DNA of 32,000 nucleotides from Sinorhizobium meliloti (GTDB lineage Bacteria; Pseudomonadota; Alphaproteobacteria; Rhizobiales; Rhizobiaceae): NCBI RefSeq assembly GCF_017876815.1, contig NZ_JAGIOS010000001.1, positions 2,490,001 to 2,522,000 of the forward strand, read 5' to 3'. Shown piece by piece: positions 25,760 to 32,000 of this stretch (position 1 is its first letter; each line of letters starts with the position of its first letter). The notes under the pieces were generated by a model. It saw only the letters and a program-made list of their open reading frames with translations, ran no database searches and was not told where the DNA came from. The position numbers and the translations under genes were made by a program.

Positions 25760-25946
25760 CTAGGTGATCGTGTCGATCGAGGCGTTCGCCATCTCGCCTT
25801 TGGCGACATGGTCGAGCATGGGGCCGACTGGTGGGTCGGCTGTGGGCGGCGGCCATCAAGATCGCCCCTTGCTCGTGACGTGTCAGCACGAGCTCGTCCA
25901 GGTTTTCCTCGCCGGGGGCGCCGTAGATGCGATCGAAGAACGCCAT
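25760..25946 (-). pseudogene. Possible short paralogous fragment of an isocitrate/isopropylmalate-dehydrogenase-family C-terminus
   Basis: atgctcgaccatgtcgccaaaggcgagatggcga (MLDHVAKGEMA) matches atgcttgaccatgtcggcgaaggcgagaaggcga at about 26200..26233 at roughly 29/34 nt. FFDRIYGAPGE loosely resembles IF.AVHGSAPE. The frames are broken. Confidence 0.3.
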
Positions 25947-26084
25947 CTTGCTTCCTTTCGTGCTTCAAATCGTTTTCATGAAATCTGATCGTGCAAAAGT
26001 CGTGCCAGGCCGCAGGAGCGACTAAAATAATGCTAATGGCTTTCTTTCAGATAGTTAGGTCTGGAAATTGACCCACGGTTGAAG

Positions 26085-26830
26085 GAACAATCTGTGTCGT
26101 TGATGCGACAAGGCGACGGACTATGTCGTATAGGCGCCGGCAGTCATCCGCTCGACGCCGGCATGGAAAGAGCAGGCATGTCAACTGCGGATAGCTGTCG
26201 CCTTCTCGCCTTCGCCGACATGGTCAAGCATAAGGCAGCCGGAGGCATTGCGGTGGGATTGGCGACACCTTTCCCGCATTTCCGGGGCCGAGCCGTGCAC
26301 CGCCTAAAAGATAGCCGCACCCGGACCGCTATTGGCGCCCAGCGTCATGCCGAGGCCGGCGATTTGGTTGGCGCCGAACAGATTGGTGGTGATGGACATC
26401 GAACTGATCCGGCTTCATGACGAACTGCATGGCGCAGGCGTCGACGATGCGCTCATCCGTGGCTAGCCGACTCGCCAGCGCGGGTTCGAGGCGTAGCGTA
26501 TAATCCGGCGGCATTCGGCCCTCGTGCTTATGTCGTGCGAGCTGGCGACCGCCTGACGATCGTCGCCGACTGCGATGAAGTGCTGGACGGCGACATAGAA
26601 GCCTTCGAGGTTCGGATTAGCACGATATCGATATCCTCGTGGCCCGCCCCGAAACGATGGTCTTTGCGGGGCGCACATTGGCGTAGGCGTCGAAGCTTTC
26701 GCGCAGCCACACGTTGACAGAGCGAAAGCCACCGCCGACTGCCGTTGTCAACGTGTCCTTAAGCGCCAGCTTGTGTAGCGGATCCTCTCGAGATCGCCTG
26801 CGGCATGGCCTCGCCGCTCTTTTCAATTCG
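26085..26830 (-). pseudogene. Decayed isocitrate/isopropylmalate/tartrate dehydrogenase family gene (N-terminally truncated, several frameshifts and an in-frame stop)
   Basis: Pieces are spread across the three minus frames: TAVGGGFRSVNVWLRESFDAYANVRP; DIDIVLIR..LEGFYV; ATDERIVDACAMQFVMKPDQFDV; GANSGPGAAIF*AVHGSAPE; GKGVANPTAM; MLDHVGEGEKA. They occur in the order expected for this family. Confidence 0.65.
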
Positions 26831-26897
26831 GCGAGGCCGCCGAATTGACGACCTGACCTCCGTCAAACGTTTCTGCCAGAAAGTCCGAATTTCGGAT

Positions 26898-27065
26898 TCA
26901 GGTGACTAGCGCGCTTTCGACCTGCCAAACGGAAACGTTGTGAAAATCGAGGGCGTCTGAATTTCTGGTCACCAGCGAACGGATGCCAAGAAAAGTCCTC
27001 TCGATTCTGTGGCTGAATTCGTATTCATCCATGCTCAAGGTGTGCCTGTACTTGTGTCGTGCCAT
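26898..27065 (-). pseudogene. PIN-domain (VapC-like) C-terminal fragment
   Basis: My translation gives MARHKYRHTLSMDEYEFSHRIERTFLGIRSLVTRNSDALDFHNVSVWQVESALVT. The ..SM.D...........G...LvTRN..DF.. pattern resembles VapC C-termini, and no intact N-terminal PIN part lies upstream. Confidence 0.3.
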
Positions 27066-27697
27066 AGTTCAATACTCCATGTATTTCGGCCAGATAGGGT
27101 AGGGGGTGAGCCTGCCGTCCTCTGCCGCCAGCCTTTGATGACGACGCCGTGGCGGCGCATACAAGCTTTGGCATCGACAATAAGGCCGGTCACGTCGACG
27201 TTCTCGAGGCCGTAGGCCATGGCCCGATTGGTGGCCTTGGAAGCGTTCCTCGCAGCGGGCCTTGGCATGGGCGAGCATGTTGGCCGGAACCGGTCCCGCC
27301 GGAAACCGATGCGAATTCAGCCTTGAGGCCTTGCGGGCTGGCGATACAATCGGCGAGCGGAAGGGCGGCGAAAACTGTAAGCAGCGGCTTTCCTCATTGA
27401 TACTCTTTCTTGGCGAGTCGTTTGTGTGCGGATTTGGCGTGGCCGCTGACCACCTTGACGGTCATGAGGCGGGCGGCTGGATCCTTCCAATTCATAGCCT
27501 GTCCTTCGGATTAGGCTCTGTGGAGCAACTGCCTTGGTAGGACTTGCCGTCGAAGTCGGCATGATCGTCATAGATCGTGATCTGCTTGCCATCGGCGGTC
27601 CTGGCCGATCCGGAGACATTGCCAGCGAAATACCGGACCGGATCGGCCTTGCCGATTGTCAGGTAGCGCAAGGAGACGTCGGCAAGGCACGAACTTT

Positions 27698-29332
27698 TTA
27701 AGCGACCAAGTTGGCGATATCCAGCTCAGCTTCCGTTCTCAGCCGACAGGCGGCGACCGCCATCACCGCAGCGACGCCCGCGTCGATCCTGCCGAATGAT
27801 TTGGCCTTGGTGAGCTTGCGGTTCCCGGCGGCGTCGCTGTCAATCACTGCGTTCGATATGCACCAGCGCAGCACCGGGTGCCCGCCATGGAACAATTTGC
27901 CTTGCACCGCCAGTTCCTCGAACGACTCGATGGCCGGTGACATCGATTTATAACCCTGACCAAACGGCGACAGCGGCACGTCGACGCCGAGCCGCGCGAA
28001 CGACTGTTTCAGGACGTCGATCCGCCACATGTCGTAATTGACGTTGGCAAACGGAATGGTCGACGACAGTTCGCCGACGTCGGCTGCGAGAGAATCATAG
28101 TCGAGCACCTGTCCGGGCACCGGTATCAGAAACCCCTTGTCGGCCCAGACGCGGTAGGGCGCGCGGTCGCGTAAGCCGCGTTCGTCGAGCGTATCGCCAG
28201 GCGTCCAGATGCGCGGGACGAGGTGGATGTTGCTCTCGTCGTCCTCGACCGCCATGACGAAGGCGGAGAGGTCGGTGCGGGCCGACAGATCCAGCCCGCC
28301 ATAGACCGGCCTGCCATCGTAGAGCAGATCTTCGACCGTCGGCTTTGCGCCACGCACCCATACGTTCGGCGACAGAAACGGTGCTTTGGCCTGGACGCGC
28401 TGGTTGAGGTAGAGATTGCGCAGCCGGTTCTCGAGCGACGGCACCTTTTCGGCCCGCTTCATGGCGGCGCGGAATTCGCCGATGTCGCGGTAATCGCCGA
28501 ACGCCGGGTTGGCCTTTTTCCATTCTCTCTCATCCAGCAGCTTGCAGCCGGATTCGGCGGCATAGAGATGGACGGTAAAGGTATCGTCCTCGATCTCGCC
28601 CGCGCGGATCTTCAGACCGTAGTCGATCAGCTCCGACAGGATGTGGTCGTCGGCGGGAGCCTGGGTGGAGATAATCATCATCAGCGGCTCGACCTGCGCG
28701 CCTAGCGAGGTCATCAGCACGTCGTAGAGCAGCGCGTTCTTCGCCTGCGAAAGCTCGTCGTACACCACGAGGTCAAGCCCTTCGCCGAACTGGCCACCGG
28801 CTTCGGCGGCGATGGCCGAATAGAACGAGCCGTCGCGGCGGTGGGTGACGTGCTTGGTCGAGTCGACCACCTTCAGCCGCTTGGCGAGCACGACGTTCAT
28901 TTTCACCATGCGGGCGACGAAGCGGTAGACGATCGAGGCCTGCTTGCGGGTGGTGGCAGCCGAGGCGATCACCGAGTTCGGCTTCTTGAACGGGCCTACC
29001 AGGTGCAGAAGGATTATCACCGCAGCCAGCAACGTCTTGCCGTTGCGCCGCGCCACCGAGAACACCGCCTGCCTTCGCTTGCGCTGGCCATCCTTGTCTC
29101 TCGGATTATAGACGTCGCGAATAAACTCGATCTGCGGCTTGGCCAGCCGGAGCGGCTTGCCGACGTGCTTGCCCGCCGGGACGATCAGCGAATGCGCAAA
29201 CGCAATCGCCCTGCCGGACGGCAGGCCCCAGTCCTTTTTTGGCACTTGGCGCAGCACCATGAGATGGCGCAGTTCGGACGTCAGCCCGATCTGAGATTTA
29301 CCAGCGGATGGCGCTTGCTTGTCGATAAACAC
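27698..29332 (-). CDS. Terminase large subunit (Terminase_1 type)
   Basis: 544 aa. AVFSVARRNGKTLLAA is Walker A and LDLVVYDELSQ is Walker B. The C-terminal nuclease part includes GGLDLSARTDLSAFV. The track start is a GTG. Confidence 0.85.
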   Translation of the reverse strand: MFIDKQAPSAGKSQIGLTSELRHLMVLRQVPKKDWGLPSGRAIAFAHSLIVPAGKHVGKPLRLAKPQIEFIRDVYNPRDKDGQRKRRQAVFSVARRNGKTLLAAVIILLHLVGPFKKPNSVIASAATTRKQASIVYRFVARMVKMNVVLAKRLKVVDSTKHVTHRRDGSFYSAIAAEAGGQFGEGLDLVVYDELSQAKNALLYDVLMTSLGAQVEPLMMIISTQAPADDHILSELIDYGLKIRAGEIEDDTFTVHLYAAESGCKLLDEREWKKANPAFGDYRDIGEFRAAMKRAEKVPSLENRLRNLYLNQRVQAKAPFLSPNVWVRGAKPTVEDLLYDGRPVYGGLDLSARTDLSAFVMAVEDDESNIHLVPRIWTPGDTLDERGLRDRAPYRVWADKGFLIPVPGQVLDYDSLAADVGELSSTIPFANVNYDMWRIDVLKQSFARLGVDVPLSPFGQGYKSMSPAIESFEELAVQGKLFHGGHPVLRWCISNAVIDSDAAGNRKLTKAKSFGRIDAGVAAVMAVAACRLRTEAELDIANLVA

Positions 29333-29342
29333 AATCGTATGT

Positions 29343-29360
29343 CCACAACCACAACCACAA
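29343..29360. repeat. (CCACAA)x3 microsatellite in the divergent region between the terminase and DUF3489 genes
   Basis: ccacaaccacaaccacaa read directly from the sequence. Confidence 0.9.
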
Positions 29361-29379
29361 CACGAGAACTAGCGTACAG

Positions 29380-29796
29380 ATGATGCATTTTAAAATCGTA
29401 GGTGGTGGCGGCGAGGCGGACGAAGCCCGCGACACCAGCCCGGATGCGGTGGTCGATTTCGGCCAAGCGCAGGAAGCGGTAAAGGGCAAGCGCAAGGCCA
29501 AGGCCACGAAGACGGGTGGCGGCGACACCAAGGCGGAAAAGCCGAAGCGGGCGAAGAAGGAAAAGCCGGTGAAGGAGCCACGCGAAAACAAGACTGACGC
29601 GCTGGCGTTGATGCTGCTCGAAGCAAACGGTGCCACAGTCGCGGAAGTCGCCAAGGCCTTTGGCTGGCAGCCGCACACCACCCGCGCGGCGATCTCGACA
29701 CTGCCGAAGAAGAAGCAGTTTCCCGAGGGCCACACGCTTTCCTCGGAAAAGGTCGAGGAGCGGGGCGGGCGGGTCTACCGCATCGTCAAGGTCTGA
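29380..29796 (+). CDS. DUF3489-domain protein with a Lys-rich N-terminal region
   Basis: KTDALALMLLEANGATVAEVAKAFGWQPHTTRAAISTLPKKK...SSEKVEERGGRVYRIV matches the DUF3489 pattern (GATi.e....tGWq.Ht.Rg..s....kk......s.k......Yri). Confidence 0.65.
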   Translation: MMHFKIVGGGGEADEARDTSPDAVVDFGQAQEAVKGKRKAKATKTGGGDTKAEKPKRAKKEKPVKEPRENKTDALALMLLEANGATVAEVAKAFGWQPHTTRAAISTLPKKKQFPEGHTLSSEKVEERGGRVYRIVKV

Positions 29797-31021
29797 TAGT
29801 ACCAGCAACATCGTCGAACGAAGGCCCGCCGTCCAAGCGGGCCTTTTCTCCTGTGAAATCCTGCCAGCGCGCCACCGCGACGTCGACATAGGCCCGATTG
29901 ATTTCTAGGCTGAGCGCCACCCGCGCCTCCATCTCCGCCGCGATCAGCGTCGTGCCGGAGCCGACGAACGGATCGTAGACCGCCTGTCCGGCGCTTGAAT
30001 TGTTCTGCATCGGACGGCGCATCGCCTCGACCGGCTTCTGTGTCGAGTGGCCGTGGCCGGAGTCGTCGCGGCTCGGGATCGTCCATAGCGTCGATTGCGA
30101 GCGGTCCCCGCACCAGTTTCCCTTCTGCCTGACGGCATACCAGCACGGCTCGTGCTGCCAGTGATAATCGCCACGCGAAAGCGCGAAGCGGTCCTTGGCC
30201 CAGATGATCTGCGAATGGATCTGAAAGCCGCAAGCCTCCAGCGACGCCTGCACTTCGCTGGCGTATTTCCCGGCGTGCCAGACATAGGCGACCGCGCCGG
30301 GAAACAGGTCGTAAGCCTGCCGCCAGTCTGCGCGTTCGTCGTTGACGACCTCGCCCATCTTTTTCCGGTTGTTGTTGACGCCTGCCTCGGCCCGCCAGTG
30401 CGGATCGTAGTCGACGCCATAGGGCGGGTCGGTCACCATCAGGTTCGGTTTCACGCCGGACAAGAGCCGCTCGACGTCCTGCGCATTGCAGGCATCGCCG
30501 CAGAGGATGCGGTGCTGGCCGCACAGCCAGAGATCGCCTGCTTTTGACGTCGGGACGTCGGGCAGCGCCGGGGCCTCGTCGGGATCGGTCAGCCCCGGAT
30601 TGCCGGTTAGACGGCCAAGGCGGCGAAGCTCGCTTTCCGAAAAACCGATCAACGCCGCCATATCCGGCAGCGTCTCCAGTTCGGCGGCGAGCAGCTTGAC
30701 GTCCCAACCGGCATTCAGTGCCAGCTGGTTGTCGGCCAGCCGGTAAGCCTTGATCTGCTTTTGCGTCCAGCCGCGGGCAACCATCACCGGCACCAGTTCC
30801 AGGCCGATCTCTTGCGCCGCCAGCGCGCGCCCATGTCCGGCGATCAGTTCGCCCGCCTCGTCGACCAAGAGCGGGATGGTAAAGCCGAACTCACGGATCG
30901 ACGCGGCGATCTGCGCCACCTGCTCGGGCGAGTGCGTGCGCGCGTTGGCGCCATAGTGCTTCAGGCTTGTAAGCGGTCTGCGCTCGACCGCGTCGGCGGG
31001 CCACGGCAGGTTCATCGTCAT
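29786..31021 (-). CDS. ParB-like nuclease domain fused to a beta-class N6/N4 DNA methyltransferase
   Basis: ParB-N part: LKHYGANARTHSPEQVAQIAASIREFGFTIPLLVDEAGELIAGHGRALAA. Motif IV (LMVTDPPYGVDYD) precedes motif I (VYDPFVGSGTTLIAAE). The ATG at 31021 overlaps the TerS stop as ATGA. Confidence 0.8.
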   Translation of the reverse strand: MTMNLPWPADAVERRPLTSLKHYGANARTHSPEQVAQIAASIREFGFTIPLLVDEAGELIAGHGRALAAQEIGLELVPVMVARGWTQKQIKAYRLADNQLALNAGWDVKLLAAELETLPDMAALIGFSESELRRLGRLTGNPGLTDPDEAPALPDVPTSKAGDLWLCGQHRILCGDACNAQDVERLLSGVKPNLMVTDPPYGVDYDPHWRAEAGVNNNRKKMGEVVNDERADWRQAYDLFPGAVAYVWHAGKYASEVQASLEACGFQIHSQIIWAKDRFALSRGDYHWQHEPCWYAVRQKGNWCGDRSQSTLWTIPSRDDSGHGHSTQKPVEAMRRPMQNNSSAGQAVYDPFVGSGTTLIAAEMEARVALSLEINRAYVDVAVARWQDFTGEKARLDGGPSFDDVAGTIRP

Positions 31022-31473
31022 TCTCCCAGAAGCAGCGTGATCGGGTCGCTGTCCCATTTTTCGGGATGCGCCAGCCGCGCCCGACCGGCAGGCGTCAGCC
31101 CGAGTTCCGAGCCGGTGGACATCATCGCCTTGACGGCGTTGTTCATCACCACCAGCAGCGGATTGCGGACCGGCCCCTGCGGCGACTGGACCAGCAGGCC
31201 GGTCTTGTCGAGCTTCTCGCGGGCCTGCCGGAACACCGACCAGTTGACCGCATAGGCTTCCAAAGCCGCTTCATCCGCCCGCGTCAGCACGCCGTCCGGC
31301 AGCGAACTAACGGTGTACAGCCACATCTCCTCAGCCAGCTCATTTAGCCCCGGAGGCATGCGCGGATGGCCGAGTCCCTGCGGCTCGTCGTAGATCCGAT
31401 GGATGCCGACATTGCTGCGGTTGCCTTCGGCCAGTTTGACTATTTTCGATTTCGGTTTTTCGCCTTTTGGCAT
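31018..31473 (-). CDS. Terminase small subunit (P27 family-like)
   Basis: 151 aa. PPGLNELAEEMWLYTVSSLPDGVLTRADEAALEAYAVNWSVFRQAREKLDKTGLLVQSPQGPVRNPLLVVMNNAVKAMMSTGSELGLTPAGRARL. Confidence 0.75.
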   Translation of the reverse strand: MPKGEKPKSKIVKLAEGNRSNVGIHRIYDEPQGLGHPRMPPGLNELAEEMWLYTVSSLPDGVLTRADEAALEAYAVNWSVFRQAREKLDKTGLLVQSPQGPVRNPLLVVMNNAVKAMMSTGSELGLTPAGRARLAHPEKWDSDPITLLLGE

Positions 31474-31672
31474 TTTCGCCGCCTTTGCTTTGCGTAACCA
31501 TCGAAAATATAGGCCAAAAAAACCCGTCCTGAAATTACAACGAGACTACGGGCGCGCCTCCGGCCCCCTTGGCGAGGATTTCTGGCCAGTCCCCCCCCCG
31601 GCCTGGGCCCCCGAGGGCCTGCGCTCCGAGCGGCGATGGTGAGCGGTCGAGGCCATGCCTCTCGGGCACGGC

Positions 31673-31747
31673 TCAAAGCAGGCACCAGAGCGCAGCGGCG
31701 ACCACCAGCGTCAGAACGGTTGCGTTGAGCCACGCCTCGATGCTCAT
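31673..31747 (-). CDS. Possible 24-aa hydrophobic micro-ORF between the HNH and TerS genes
   Basis: My translation gives MSIEAWLNATVLTLVVAAALWCLL. The ATG lies 1 nt after the HNH stop (TGAGATG). There is no other support. Confidence 0.15.
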   Translation of the reverse strand: MSIEAWLNATVLTLVVAAALWCLL

Positions 31748-31748
31748 C

Positions 31749-32000
31749 TCACCGCCTCTCGCCACGCACATAGCCGCGCTTCAACCGTGCTGCCGTCTCG
31801 GGGTCGGCGACAGGCTCACGGTTGGCAGCGGCTATCGCTTCCCGCTGGGTTGGCTGCGCCCATGGGTGGTTGGGGTCGACAGGAAAACCGTCCTCGTCGC
31901 AGGCACCCGTCAGCCGTCCCTGATCGTAAGCATGTGTCAGCCTGGAATGGTGGCGGTGACAGAGCGCCTGCAGGTTCGTCCAGTCCAGCCTGCGCTCGGG
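31749..32000 (-). CDS. HNH endonuclease, C-terminal part (5' end outside the window)
   Basis: My translation gives PERRLDWTNLQALCHRHHSRLTHAYDQGRL...; NLQALCHRHH is the distal HNH motif. The position upstream of terS is typical of HK97-like cos packaging modules. Confidence 0.7.
   Translation of the reverse strand, partial: PERRLDWTNLQALCHRHHSRLTHAYDQGRLTGACDEDGFPVDPNHPWAQPTQREAIAAANREPVADPETAARLKRGYVRGERR

Noticed and set aside
25725-25946. 73-aa ORF just upstream of precursor copy 3, considered as a possible small accessory or regulatory gene of the RiPP cassette
   Set aside because: The second half is Arg/His/Pro-rich. The region carries DNA similarity, in a different frame, to the C-terminus of the neighbouring decayed dehydrogenase. 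It is more likely gene debris, so I kept it only as a low-confidence pseudogene fragment.
27066-27697. Attempts to assign genes here: fragments such as LPLADCIASPQGLKAEFAS, PVPANMLAHAKARCEE and NRAMAYGLENVDVTGLIVDAKACMRRHGVVIKG in three different minus frames, a 32-aa MNWKDPAARLMTVKVV.. ORF, and a start-less frame of about 60 aa after terL
   Set aside because: High-GC3 coding-like stretches are broken by frame changes and lack starts. I could not match them to a family with confidence, so I treat the region as decayed DNA.

Overview
High-GC prophage segment; the alphaproteobacterial or Rhizobiales-like host is my inference from composition and protein flavour only. Nearly all genes lie on the minus strand and many are joined by ATGA or TGATG start/stop overlaps. 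Reading the minus strand from 32000 down to 1, the order is as follows. HNH endonuclease (partial), small terminase, ParB-domain DNA methyltransferase, a plus-strand DUF3489 gene, large terminase. Then a cargo island of about 9.4 kb (18.3-27.7 kb). Then an HTH regulator, a prohead-protease::HK97-capsid fusion, the portal, two collagen-like fibre genes, and head-tail joining genes with an embedded GH25 lysozyme. Then a 3.9 kb plus-strand island (5.7-9.4 kb). Then major tail protein, G/T-type chaperone, an HK97-gp10-like gene, tape measure, and lambda M, L and K homologues (K runs off the window). Island 1 encodes an OLD-family ATPase/Toprim nuclease plus a UvrD-like helicase, i.e. a Gabija-like (class 2 OLD) defence pair. 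Island 2 is the most interesting part. It holds three tandem 119-aa precursor genes with Nif11-type leaders and Cys-free, Val/Ala/Thr-rich C-terminal cores. These sit in a 648-bp tandem repeat, directly upstream of and co-oriented with a CX3CX2C radical SAM enzyme and a B12-binding radical SAM enzyme; the two enzyme genes overlap in an ATGA. I read this as a proteusin-like RiPP cassette (epimerisation and/or C-methylation) with no protease, transporter or immunity gene in the window. The same island also carries an orphan secreted protein with one CXXCH motif, a transposase remnant, and decayed dehydrogenase and PIN-like gene fragments. I saw no rRNA, tRNA, CRISPR array, integrase or att site. 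All family assignments come from reading the translations; no searches were run.
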